A stretch of DNA of 64,000 nt from Lytechinus pictus (Eukaryota): positions 19,222,001-19,286,000 of the forward strand of contig NC_087250.1 of NCBI RefSeq assembly GCF_037042905.1, written 5' to 3'. The notes beneath the pieces were generated by a model. The model was given only the letters and a program-made list of their open reading frames with translations. It was not told the origin of the DNA and ran no database searches. Of the stretch, positions 12,818 to 24,766 are shown piece by piece. The translations under genes were made by a program, and so were the position numbers. How positions within the stretch are numbered: the first letter of the stretch is position 1; the number at the start of each line of letters is the position of its first letter.

Positions 12818-13380
12818 GTTGAAAAGCAACTTACGGTTGCGGAGTTAAGGGAGTCTTGCATGTAAACTTTAATGTTGACCTGAAAATGACCTTTGACCAT
12901 ACCATGTGATGACCTCCAACTACAGCATAACATGCAGGTCCCTCAAGTTCATCTACCATCCAAGTTTGGTTGAAAAGTGACATAGGGTTGCAGAGTTTGG
13001 TGTCATAAGAGAGTCTTGCATGTAAACTTTAACGTTGACCTGAAAATGACCTTTGACCTTACCATGTGCCCTCCACGTCTGCAGCATAACATGCAGGTCC
13101 CTCAAGTTCATCTACCATCCAAGTTTGGTTGAAAAGTGACTTACGGTTGCGGAGTTAGGTGTCATATGAGAGTCTTGCATGTAAACTTTAACGTTGACCT
13201 GAAAATGACCTTTGACCTTATCATGTGACCTCGGACTGCAGCATAACATGTAGGTCCCCAAGCCCATCTACCATCCAAGTTTGGTTGAAAAGCGACTTAC
13301 GGCTGCGGAGTTAGGTGTCATAAGAGAGTCTTGCATGTAAACTTTAACGTTGACCTGAAAATGACCTTTGACCTTACCAT

Positions 13381-16300
13381 TTACATATATTCTGTAAAGG
13401 AGTAAGTTGGGGCGCGTCACAGCTGCTCCAACTTTCTCCTCGATTTGGTTGGACCTGAGTTCTAGGTTAATTTTGATTTTGTTACTGATTTGTTCATTAT
13501 GTGTCACTCATTATGCAGGATCACTTGGAAGTGATATTTTTTGATGGATTTTCTGTATTTGTGTGAACTATTTTTGACTGTTTGGATTCTCAGTTTGTAA
13601 GTAGTAGCCATACTGTACAGCACAGGTTCAAGTCTATATCCACTTTCTATTTAGTGTGTTTGGTGAAGTGTACCCATTCATACTGTTCCCTTATTTTGTA
13701 AAGGAAGATTTAAAGGTATTGAATTATACACAATAGGTTACGTAACCTCATACAAATGGCATTCATTCATAATACCTTTACGTTTCAGGGCTGTGCCCTT
13801 GTACTGGTTTTAATTTCTTCTAATGTCTTTTTCAGTATAGCTGGTGGCGATCAGTTTACTTGTACTCATTTTCTCACAGATTCCCCATCAACTGTGATTC
13901 TTAATTCACCACCTTATCTTAGATACCGATATGTAGGTAGAAGAATATCTTATTACTGTACTCCTACATGTACGTCAACTTTTCAGTTAAGTTTTATTCA
14001 GTGTGGGGACGTACATCCGAACCCAGGTCCAACCCCTAAAAATAATGAGGCTACTTATGCCAGCAGTAATTATACAAATAATATATCTAAGATATGTACC
14101 ACTAGAATTAAGTATGACATCATTACCCTGTACCAATTAAATTCTAAGCAATACAATGTATCTTCTACCATATGGTCCACATTAAATGATATGGGTATTT
14201 GTAGAGGTCGAACAAGAAGATGTCGAAAAGGGGGAAGATGTAGACGACGAGCGCGTCGAGAGCTACATGAATCTCAGACATCTAATGAAGTCACCAAAGA
14301 TTCAGTGACCCTAGCCCTGTGGAACGCCAGATCACTGAATAATAAGACTCATATGTTCTGTGACCTTATGATCAACAATAGAGTAGACATCGCAGCTATA
14401 ACAGAGACGTGGTTCACAGGTGATCATCGTGATGACATCCCACTAGCACATATATCATCCACCCTCCAGAGCTATATCGTACATCATGTGCCAAGAGAGG
14501 GTCGTCTAGGAGGTGGTGTAGCTGTATGTGTACATCAATCCTTCAAAGTCAAGAGGTTTCAATCAGCCAATATCTTCACATCATTTGAATACATGGATGT
14601 ACTCGTTACTGCTCATGGACATGTTCCGGTTCGACTTCTGGTCGTGTATCGCCCACAACGAACCGCTTCTGGACAGTCTACTGATCAGCTTTTTCTTCAA
14701 GAATTTTCTACACTTATGGAGCAGCTTGTATCTTCAACACATCAGTTGCTGATTGTTGGTGATTTTAATTATCACGTGGACATTGCTACGGACTCAAACT
14801 CTGTCAACTTCCTGAATGATATTGCAGCTCTTAACCTTCAGCAACACGTCCATTTCCCAACACATAAAAATGGACACACATTAGATCTGGTCCTTACACG
14901 AGCAAATGAGGCCCTCATTAGTAATGTATCAAAAGAAGGTTATCTACCATCCGATCATGTAGCCGTCACTTGCTCTTTGAACATTCGTAAACCAAAGCCC
15001 CAAAAGGTACAGATCAGAACTCGCAAAATCCAAAATATTGATCTTGGGGCATTTCGTCAAGACATTCTTGTGTCTGAACTATACTCTACCCCCTCGGACA
15101 CCATAGATGGACAGGTTGACAAGCTGATATCTGCAAAGAGTTTGTATCATCGAAACCAGCTCAGAGACTGCACTCCGCGTGAACTATTCAAGAAGATTGA
15201 ACGGTTAACGCAGCCTACCACTTCTTCAGTCATTCCCAGTATAAATAACTGTGACTCAGTAGCTGAATGTTTTGTTAATTTCTTCAAAGAGAAAGTGACA
15301 AGCATAACCAATCAGCTAAAGGTTGCATCTTCGGCTACATCTTCGCCGAGTGGCATCTGTTTTGGTGAGGGGCTTTCCAACTGCAAGTCATCATTTACAC
15401 ACTTCAAAACAGTGTCAGATGAAGAAGTACGTAGGGTAATCATGCAGTCCTCTACATCAACTTGTGATCTCGACCCCATCCCGACATCATTTCTTAAGCA
15501 ATTGCTACCTGAGCTTGTGCCTATTATGACAGAAATCATAAATGAATCATTTGTATCTGGTTGCTTCCCTAGTAAATTTAAGTGTGCTAACATCATTCCC
15601 AAATTAAAAGGAAATTCCTTGAACAAGGAAGAGCTTAAACATTATCGCCCCATTTCAAATCTAAGATTCTTTGCCAAGATCTTGGAAAGATTAGCTGCTT
15701 CTCAATTACAAGCTTATCTTAACGAATATAATTTACATGCCAAATTTCAGTCAGGTTATCGCCAATACTATGGTGTAGAAACAGCTCTTCTTAGGGTAAC
15801 AAACGATATTTTGATATCATTAGACAAAGGTGAAGAAGTAATTCTTATATTACTAGACTTTTCGTCAGCTTTTGATACCATTAAACACGACATTCTACTG
15901 AAACGTTTAGAGTACAGATTTGGGATACGTGATCTGGCTCTGCAATGGTTTCATTCATATCTTTTAGGTCGAAGCCATCGTGTCGTCATTGGAAGTGAGA
16001 AATCAACTTTCCACTCTTTAACTCAAGGTGTTCCTCAGGGATCTGTACTGGGGCCGATCTTATTTACACTGTACACTTCCCCACTTGAGGCAATAATTGA
16101 TAAGTTCAATATACAAAAAATGTTTTATGCGGATGATACACAACTGTATGTTACCCTTAATAAGTGTAAGGATTCTGACCCCACTGCTGAAATTACACAA
16201 TGTATTCAAGAGATCAAAGAATGGTCACAGATGAATAGCCTCAAACTAAACGGTGAAAAAACAGAGTTTTTACACATTTCCTCACGTTTTCGAGAAACAG

Positions 16301-17097
16301 AATCAATCCAGATATTAAAACTTGGTGGAATGGACATACGCGCAAGTACTTCTTGTAGAAATCTAGGAGTTATATTTGATGATAAATTGACATTCGATGA
16401 ATTTATATCCCAAAAATGTCGCTCTGCATCATATGCCTTATACAAAATTGGTAAACTTCGTGAATTCTTGGACAAACCCACCACTGAAAAATTGGTACAT
16501 GCTTTTATTTTATGTCACATTGATTTCTGCAATAGTCTCCTTTCAGGATTACCTCTTAAACAAATTAAAAAACTGCAAACCATTCAAAATTCAGCTGCGA
16601 GATTAGTAACACGAACCCGCAAGTATGAAGCAATTACTCCAGTTCTCAGAGAATTACATTGGCTCCCTGTCCGTTCCCGCATTGTATTCAAGCTTTTAGT
16701 TTTTGCACACAACTGTTTTTATAAAATTGCCCCATCCTATTTACTCGATTTAGTATCATATTACCAGCCATCCCGAAATCTTAGATCAAGCTCAAAAGCA
16801 TTATTCATTGTTCCCTCTGTCTCTACAAAGTCATATGGTGAGCGTGCTTTTACTCATGTCTCTGCTGTCCTCTGGAATGCTTTACCTAATTCAATGAGAT
16901 ATCAGAGTGATTTATGCAGGTTCAGAAAGTCCCTTAAAACATATCTATTCAATGCATAAAATACCAACTTTGAACTAATGGTCCAATATCAATATCTTGA
17001 TTACTTTATTCTTACCTTACACTATTCCTTCTTTAAGCGCATAGGGACATGCTATGCTATGTGTGATGCGCTATACAAGAATTGAGCATTATTATTA
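13381..17097 (+). mobile_element. L2/CR1-group LINE, apparently full length, single ORF
   Basis: TSD ttaccat (13374-80, 17098-104); 3' stem aagcgc...gcgct and (ATT)n tail. Confidence 0.9.
13756..16959 (+). CDS. APE endonuclease-reverse transcriptase (1067 aa) with an N-terminal 2A-like motif
   Basis: WNARSL, ITETW, VGDFN, TLDLV, SDH; YRPISNL, QSGYR, LDFSSAFD, GVPQGSVLGP, YADD; L2-like C-terminus ITPVLRELHWLP, YGERAF. Confidence 0.93.
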   Translation: MAFIHNTFTFQGCALVLVLISSNVFFSIAGGDQFTCTHFLTDSPSTVILNSPPYLRYRYVGRRISYYCTPTCTSTFQLSFIQCGDVHPNPGPTPKNNEATYASSNYTNNISKICTTRIKYDIITLYQLNSKQYNVSSTIWSTLNDMGICRGRTRRCRKGGRCRRRARRELHESQTSNEVTKDSVTLALWNARSLNNKTHMFCDLMINNRVDIAAITETWFTGDHRDDIPLAHISSTLQSYIVHHVPREGRLGGGVAVCVHQSFKVKRFQSANIFTSFEYMDVLVTAHGHVPVRLLVVYRPQRTASGQSTDQLFLQEFSTLMEQLVSSTHQLLIVGDFNYHVDIATDSNSVNFLNDIAALNLQQHVHFPTHKNGHTLDLVLTRANEALISNVSKEGYLPSDHVAVTCSLNIRKPKPQKVQIRTRKIQNIDLGAFRQDILVSELYSTPSDTIDGQVDKLISAKSLYHRNQLRDCTPRELFKKIERLTQPTTSSVIPSINNCDSVAECFVNFFKEKVTSITNQLKVASSATSSPSGICFGEGLSNCKSSFTHFKTVSDEEVRRVIMQSSTSTCDLDPIPTSFLKQLLPELVPIMTEIINESFVSGCFPSKFKCANIIPKLKGNSLNKEELKHYRPISNLRFFAKILERLAASQLQAYLNEYNLHAKFQSGYRQYYGVETALLRVTNDILISLDKGEEVILILLDFSSAFDTIKHDILLKRLEYRFGIRDLALQWFHSYLLGRSHRVVIGSEKSTFHSLTQGVPQGSVLGPILFTLYTSPLEAIIDKFNIQKMFYADDTQLYVTLNKCKDSDPTAEITQCIQEIKEWSQMNSLKLNGEKTEFLHISSRFRETESIQILKLGGMDIRASTSCRNLGVIFDDKLTFDEFISQKCRSASYALYKIGKLREFLDKPTTEKLVHAFILCHIDFCNSLLSGLPLKQIKKLQTIQNSAARLVTRTRKYEAITPVLRELHWLPVRSRIVFKLLVFAHNCFYKIAPSYLLDLVSYYQPSRNLRSSSKALFIVPSVSTKSYGERAFTHVSAVLWNALPNSMRYQSDLCRFRKSLKTYLFNA

Positions 17098-18155
17098 TTA
17101 CCATGTGACCTTCAACTGCGGCATAACATGCAGGTCCCCAAGCCCATCTACCATCCAAGTTTGGTTGAAAAGCGACTTACGGCTGCGGAGTTAGGTGTCA
17201 TAAGAGAGTCTTGCATGTAAACTTTAACGTTGACCTGAAAATGACCTTTGACCTTACCATGTGACCTTCAACTGCGGCATAACATGCAGGTCCCCCAAGT
17301 CCATCTACAATCCAAGTTTGGTTGAAAAGTGACTTACGGTTGCGGAGTTAGGTGTCATAAGAGAGTCTTGCATGTAAACTTTAACGTTGACCTGAAAATG
17401 ACCTTTGACCTTACCATGTGACCTCCAACTGCAGCACGACATGCAGGTACCCCAAGTCCATCTACCATCCAAGTTTGGTTGAAAAGCGACTTACGGTTGT
17501 GGAGTTATGTGTCATTAGATTTGTGATGGACGGACAACGGACCAACGACATTTGGATCCCTAAGTCTCGCCTTCACCTCTGGTGGGCAAGACAAAAATAG
17601 AAATCATACAGAAAAATTTTAAAAGTTCTAGTCATATAGCTATTGGATCGATTGCACTTTAACTTTCAACCAACTTCAATAAATACGAAGCAATACATGT
17701 CAAGTTCATATTATATACATTTATTGTAGATGATGATAACTTGATGACAGATAACAAATAGCGCAGGATACCTTTACTCTGAAGATTAAGGTAGGATAAA
17801 CTCTGCAAACTGACATCAATTACGTATTGATGTATTATTGAATGTGGGATATGTCTTATAACAGAATTAAAGTTCAAAGTTTAATTTTCACATTCCTATA
17901 AAAATGTATAAAAACAATTTATGCTACAAGCATATCATATCATAGCAAATATCACGTAGACACAGAGCATAACCATAGAGAATACAAAATACATTACAAA
18001 AATGTGGAGGGTCAAAAGAAGTAAATTAGAAACTTAAAAAGATTGACCCTAATTTAAGTGGGAGAAAATACAGTGGCATATTAAAGATATGTACAAGGTA
18101 GAAATAAAATAGAAAAGCAAATGTGTGATTAAATTGAATTTAGATAATTTCTTAA

Positions 18156-19801
18156 CCCTAACTAGGCCGGGCTTTTTTGGCTGTTCTGTGGCCGGGGGGG
18201 GGGGGTTCAACCCCCCCCCCCCCCCGAGATCTCGGCCGCCGATCTAGCGAGCGCCGCAAAATTTGCACGCTGGTAGTGTGCGATGTAATCTACAAGGCTG
18301 TATGGTAACATTTTCCAAAATAATGAGATTTTATTTTATATGAATTAATTATGCTAATTTATGCATAAATCATACTTTTTGCTCTAATTCACTAAATAAA
18401 GCTCCTAGAATGCTAATTTTTTGTAAAAATATTCTTTGTAGCATTCTTAACAATGGCAATTGAAAACGAGTGGAACGCCTCTGGCAGTCTCGCCTGCATT
18501 ACGCGATTTAATATAGCAGCAGTGCTAACTTTGAAAACTACTATAAGATAATCATTCACAAAAACACCATTCATATAATGACATAATACCACGTTCATTG
18601 ACCATAGATGACATTTGAACGGTGACTTAAGACTTGTCAACAGAACTACACCCATGTCCACATTTCATTCACTCTATCCATAAACTTTCAAAGTTATGAT
18701 GGCAATTCAACAATTACCCCAACATGGCCAAAGTTCATTGACCTTAAATGACCTTTGACCATGGTCATGTGACCTGAAACTCGTACAGGATGTTCAGTGA
18801 TACTCGATTACTCTTATGTCCAAGTTTTATGAACTAGATTCATAAACCTTCAGAGTTAGAATGGTAATTTAACAAAGACCCCAACACGGCAAAAGTTCAT
18901 TGACCTTAAATGACCATTGACCATGGTCATGTGACCTGAAACTCGCACAGGATATTCAGTGGTACTTCATTAACCTAATGTCCAAGTTTAATGAACTAGA
19001 TCCATAAATTTTCAAAGTTATGAAGGTAATTCAACAAATACCCCCAACTTGGCCAAAGTTCATTGACCCTAAATGACCTTTGACCTTGGTCATGTGACCT
19101 GAAACTTGAGCAGGATGTTCACTAATACTTGATTAACCTTATGCCCAAGTTTCATGAACTAGGTCCATATACTTTCTAAGTTATGATGTCATTTCAAAAA
19201 CTTAACCTTAGGTTAAGATTTGATGATGACGCCGCCGCCGCCGTCGGAAAAGCGGCGCCTATAGTCTCGCTCTGCTATGCAGGCGAGACAAAAACTTCGG
19301 TTTGGAAATCAATTTCTTATGTATTTTATTGTTTTATGAAATTCTTATGTATTTCTTTGTTTTTCAACCTTTTGTTTTTCTTTGTTTTTTTCACCAGATT
19401 TATTGCACAACCTTTTTGAAGCATAATTATGCTAAAATCAATTGCTTTCAGCTGTTTAAAGTAAAAATAATCATATCTTTATGAATAAGATGAGAAAACT
19501 CAATTTGCATTGACTTTGTACACAAAATCACGTTTTGGAACAATTTTTGGTCTGACCAAGGAGATATCAGAGTGATATCTCCTTGGTCTGACATGCACTT
19601 ACAAAACGTTGTGTAATTTCGATACCGCGTACCCGGGCATCGTAAATTTGGTCTCAAAAAATGCGCGAGACTTAAAAGTATAAACTCTGCGAGTGGCGCG
19701 CTAAAAAAAATTCGCGCGGCGGAATGATCGCAGAAAATATTGAGGGGGGGGGGTTGATTGGGGGGTTGATTCAACCCCCCCCCCCCCCGGCCATTTTAGG
19801 G
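18156..19801. mobile_element. piggyBac-like MITE (CCC...GGG, TTAA site) with nested HINE
   Basis: ttaa|ccctaactaggccggg ... ccggccattttaggg|gtaa; single ttaa at the empty site near 56704. Confidence 0.78.
18467..19289. mobile_element. HINE-type element, family A (~160-bp internal repeats)
   Basis: subTIR gtctcgcctgcat / atgcaggcgagac, terminal hairpin, (GCC)n, inserted in an A-run. Confidence 0.78.
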
Positions 19802-20093
19802 GTAAGAGATAGGGTATATAAAGTAATATTTAAAAATAGTGATTTGCACTGTTAAAGTTCATGAGACATCTAAAAACAAAAATAATATATATTGCATGAA
19901 GATTTACATAAAACATTAATCACTCTTTTAATATAGGCCTTCTACTATCAATACAGTCGTATCATGGGGATTTTCCATTTTTAGATGACAAAACCGTATT
20001 TTGGATGTAATGGGGGAAAGAAACAGATCCTGAATTTGGTTTCCATAAATGAAATACATAAGAATCACTTTCTTGACACGTCAATAGTGTTAA

Positions 20094-20862
20094 CCCTAAT
20101 TCTCCCGGGGGGGGGGGGGCCATAATGGCCCCCCCCCTCAACAATTTTTGCGATATATCTGCTGCGCAAAATTTTTTGACCTCGTCGCTCACTGACTTTA
20201 CTTTCAAGTCTCGCGCAAATTTTGAGACCAAATTTGTGACGCCCGGGTACGCGGTTACGATATTACACAACATTATGTAAGTGCATGTCAGACCCAAAAT
20301 TGCTCATAAACGTGATTTCATGTACAAATTCAATGCAAATTGTGTATTTAGCCAAAATTCATAAATGTATCATTATTTCTACTTTTACTGATTAAACTTA
20401 ATTAATTTTGCCTTGTTTATGATCAGAATTATGTCTGGAACGATTTCCATTGAAAAACCAATAAAAAACAAAAATTAAAAAACAAGGAAATACATAAGAA
20501 ATTCATAAAACAATAAAATACATAAGAAATTGATTTCCAAACCGAAGTTTTTTTTAATTGCGATTGTTAAGAATGCTACAAAGAATATTTTTACCAAAAA
20601 TTAGCATTCTAGGAGCTTTATTTAGTGAATTAGAGCAAAAAGTATGATTTATGCATAAATTAGCATAATAAATTCATATAAAATAAAATCCCATTTTGGA
20701 AAATTTTACCATACAGCCTTATAGATTTCATCGCACACTACCGGCGTGCAAATTTTTGCGTCACTCGCGCGATCGCCGGCCGAGATCTTGGGGGGGCCAT
20801 AATGGCCCCCCCCCCCCCCCCCCGGGAATGACAAGAATCAAAATACCCCGGGAGATTTAGGG
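20094..20862. mobile_element. piggyBac-like MITE, opposite orientation to the 18156 copy
   Basis: TIR ccctaattctcccgggg / ccccgggagatttaggg; TTAA on both sides; empty site near 56991. Confidence 0.85.
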
Positions 20863-21172
20863 TTAAGATTCTTTGTAATGGTGATAAAAAAAATAATAAT
20901 GTTCTCTTTTATAGAGTTTCTATCCGATAACCAACAATCATATTTAATAATTTCAAGCATTTTTCATACTAAGAATATTGTTTATGATTTTCGTGGTGCC
21001 ACTGACATATTTTCTTTTACTGCATTAAATTTATTTGAAAATTTAATATTTAAATTATTTTTACAGCATTTGCATAATAGTTATCCCATTTTTCTTAATT
21101 TTACATAATTTTTTAAAATATGAATTTAAAACAAAAAATTACATACTTTTTTCACACATTCTAACATATGAA

Positions 21173-22107
21173 CAAGTGGAATGCCTCTGGCCGTCTCACC
21201 TGCATCACGCGATTCAATATAGCAGCAGTGCTAATTTTGAAAACTACTATAACTCGCACAAGATGTTCAGTGATTCTTGGTTACTCTCATTTCCACGTTT
21301 TATGAACTAGACCAATGCACTTATAGAGATATGATGGCAATTCAACAAATACCCCCAACGTGGCCAAAGTTCTTTGACCTTACATGACCTTTTACCTTGA
21401 TCATGTGACCTGAAACTCGCACAGGATGTTCAGTGATACTTGATTAGTCTTATGTCCAAGTTTCAAGAGTCAGATCCATCAACTTTCAAAGTTATGATGG
21501 TAATTCAACAGATACCCCCATTATGGCCAAAGTCCATTGACCTTTGACCTTGGTCATGTGACCTAAAATGTGCACAGGATGTTCAGTGATACTTGATTAC
21601 TCTTATGTCCAAGTTTTATGAACTAGACCAACACACTTTCAAAGTTATGGCGGTAATTCAACAAATACCCCAATTTGGCCAAAGTTCATTGACCCTAAAT
21701 GACCTTTGACCTTGGTCATGTGACGTGAAACTCATGCAGGTTGTTCAGTGATACTTGATTAATCTTATGTATAAGTTTCATGAACTAGGTCCATATATTT
21801 TCTAAGTTATGATGACATTTCCAAAACTTAACCTTAGGTTAAGATTTTGATGTTGATTCCCCCAACATGGTCTAAGTTCATTGACCCTAAATGACCTTTG
21901 ACCTTGGTCATGTGACATGAAACTCAGGCAGGATGTTCAGTAATACTTGATTAACCTTATGGCCAAGTTTCATGAACTAGGTCCATATACTTTCTAAGTT
22001 ATGCTGTCATTTCAAAAACTTAACCTCTGGTTAAGATTTGGTGTTGACGCCGCCGCCGCCGTCGGAAAAGCAGCGCATATAGTCTCACTCTGCTATGCAG
22101 GTGAGAC
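21173..22107. mobile_element. HINE-type element, family A
   Basis: Same ends as 18467; empty site ctgaaaaatgatg near 57278. Confidence 0.8.
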
Positions 22108-22129
22108 AAAAATGATGAAAATGAAAAGC

Positions 22130-22301
22130 CTTAATTTATTGTTCGAAATTGACATGAAATGAAATACTCCAAAAATTTGCTTTGCCCAGGGTAGCAGCAA
22201 CTCCCATCTTTAACTTCTTTTGGTCTGACGCGGCTGGGGTTTGAACTCCCAACCTCCCGGTTGTGAGACGGATGCTCTATCGACTGAGCCAACACACCAG
22301 T
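22130..22301 (-). mobile_element. tRNA-derived SINE (internally deleted)
   Basis: Minus strand TGGCTCAGTCGA (A box) and GTTCAAACC (B box) followed by a non-tRNA body; longer paralog at 57290-57552. Confidence 0.7.
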
Positions 22302-22914
22302 ATACAAACTGGTCTGTCTTCCGATGCTGAACACATGCATTTTGCTTCTCAACCACAAAGCATACAAGAGCTTTTTTCTTTTTTCTGATTCACAAAAAAA
22401 CTATTCCACAGGATGCACCTCTATATGATGTCGTGTAAATTAAAAAATGTTAAAACTGTATTTATCAGAAACGTCTGTGAATTTGTTTTGTGAGGATAGA
22501 TCCGCATCTAATTTCTGTCGCACATTGAAGACATACATATGCTACTTTATTCAGGAGTCAACTGTCTGTTGTTAAAACAGTGGACTCAAGCATACTTAAC
22601 CATGGCAACAAGCGTAAATTTGGCGACCTGAAAAGCACACATCAACATTGGAAATTGTTCTCTTGCAAGGAAAATTTATACAGGAAATCTGCATATGAAA
22701 ACAGTGGGTTCAACCGATGGTTTTCAAAACTACCTTTGTGAATTTGGACCATTGGGTTTCTTCACTGAATGGATTTGTTCATGTTTTTACTGATGACAAA
22801 ATGCCCTGCCATATTGTTACTGTTAGGGCTTCTCAACTGTATGGAATTGCATACGACTTTTGAGATTGCTTCCAAGATGAAAAAAAAAGCTTCACCGCAC
22901 ATGCAATGGGCTTC

Positions 22915-24134
22915 TCACTTGTGCTTACTTGTAATGTGGCTTTTGAGAGTGCTACTTTGACGAAATGCCTCATCACAAAAATGACATTCATAGGGCTTTT
23001 CACCGGTATGGATTCGTTTATGAATTTTTAGATCACACGCATAATTAAATGACTTACCACAATAAATACATACATAGGGTTTGTCAGAATCATGAATTCT
23101 TTTATGTGCTTTGAGATGATCAGCTCTATAAAATGCCTTACCACATTGATCACAGAGATAATTTTTCTCACCTGTATGGTTTCGTTCATGTATACTAAGA
23201 TTTAGCATTTGATTAAATGCCTTACCGCAGTGAACACATACAAAGCGCTTCTCATTTGCATGACCTTGTTTATGTCTACTGAAAGTAGTTTCTTCACTAA
23301 ATGCCCTACCACATCGATCACATACATATGGTTTCTCACCTGTATGGATTCGTTTATGTCTTGCGAGATTACCCTTCCCATTAAATGCCTTACCACACTG
23401 ATCACATACATAGGGCTTCTCACCTGTATGGATCCGTTTATGTGCTTCGAGAGAAGAGGAACTATAGAAGGCCTTATTACAATAATCACAAACAAAGGCC
23501 TTATCACTAGTATGGTATCGTTTATGTGCGCGGAGAAGACCTGGTAGAATAAATGCCTTACCACAATGATCACATACATAGGGTTTCTCACCTGTATGAA
23601 AGGGTTTCTCACCTGTATGAATTCTTTTACATCTATGTGCTTTAAGAGCGGAAGCAAAATGGAAAGTCTTATCACAATAATCGCAAACATGCACTTCATA
23701 ATGGATTTGTGCATGGGCTTTGAGAGCACTTGCTTCATAGAATGCTTTGTCACAATAATAACAAACATAGCGCTGATCACCTGTATGAATTCTTTCACCT
23801 GCTATGGCATCCCCAACTTGATGATTAATTACCTTCTCACATTGTCTGGAGAAGTAAGAATTCTGTTTTTGCTTTTCACTCGGTTTCCTAAGATATATTA
23901 CATATTTAGTCTTCCTTCCTATTTTTGCACTTCCTGTTTCATCATGTGAAGGCTCTTTGGGTTTATCAAAAGGGTTTAGTATTTCTCCATTGATGATCTG
24001 CAGAAAACGTGAATGGGATGAATCTGGTACCAGAATACCACCATTATGACCATGTTTGTACTTGAGATGCCTTGCTAAGATAAGAGGAATAGCATAGGGT
24101 GATCCACAGTACTTGCATCTGCAAATTCCAGAAC
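22915..24134 (-). CDS. aKRAB-ZNF gene, last coding exon: one isolated C2H2 finger, one degenerate finger and a 10-finger array
   Basis: Acceptor ctttaacattag|gt (phase 1); frame open from 24132 to TGA at 22915; CKYC...HLKYKH, then TGEKP-linked fingers. Confidence 0.9.
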
Positions 24135-24277
24135 CTAATGTTAAAGAAACAAAGATATATCTAGTGTTATAAATATTGGAATTGATTAAACTGGTAAGTA
24201 ATGTGGAAGCCTAAAATAAATTCCAGACATTTGTGTTATGGGGGCCTCAAGAGCATATTCAGGATATTGACCAAAAG

Positions 24278-24362
24278 AAGAGTAAGTACAGTGTCTGAGC
24301 TGCCATACGAGTTTGAGGTGAAGGTAGGTGTACCTCAAGGTTCTGTACTGTCACCATTGCTA
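24278..24362 (+). mobile_element. Short LINE RT relic (RTE-like) in intron
   Basis: Translates EFEVKVGVPQGSVLSPLL. Confidence 0.6.
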
Positions 24363-24766
24363 ATTGGAATTAATGTTTGAGAGGCACAAAAATATTTTTG
24401 TTAGTGGAATATGTCATGCAGTGTGAACCCTTCAATTTTTTTGCTTGTCAATTTTTTCTTTGGACAAAATTACATTGATTTCGTGGTGAAAACCCTTTTT
24501 TTTTGCTTGTCAAAATTTTCCTGGAACAAATGACCTCAATTTGGCAGTGAAACCCTTTTTTTTTGGGGGGGGGGGGGTGGGTCAAATTGTTAATGGAAGA
24601 AATGACCTACATGTGTAAATTTGGTAGTGAAAACATTTTCTCTGTCAAAATTTTCTGAAAAAGCCCCCCCTTTGGAAAATCCTGTATCCACTCCGCCCCT
24701 ACATACACCTTATTAAAACATTACCCTATTGAAAGCTTTTTAGCTAAATTTACCTCAATATATGTA

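Larger units (their letters stand above)
12054..17592. mobile_element. Helentron-associated (HINE/Tsp-like) element with a ~158-bp tandem array; hosts a MITE and a LINE
   Basis: subTIR tgtctcgcccac / gtgggcaagaca, terminal hairpin, GGAC microsatellite, inserted in an A-rich site without TSD; absent from the paralogous site near 56125. Confidence 0.75.
11664..22696. repeat. Segmental duplication copy A (ZNF 3' flank, expanded by insertions)
   Basis: Colinear blocks 11664-12050, 17595-18155, 19802-20093, 20863-21172 and 22108-22696 match 55633-57945. Confidence 0.88.

Noticed and set aside
22225..22301. tRNA gene (also 57480-57552)
   Set aside because: It has A/B boxes but no proper acceptor stem and continues into a SINE body
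23202..23949. ORFs 23202-23798, 23209-23547 and 23566-23949
   Set aside because: They are alternative-frame or antisense shadows of the zinc-finger exon
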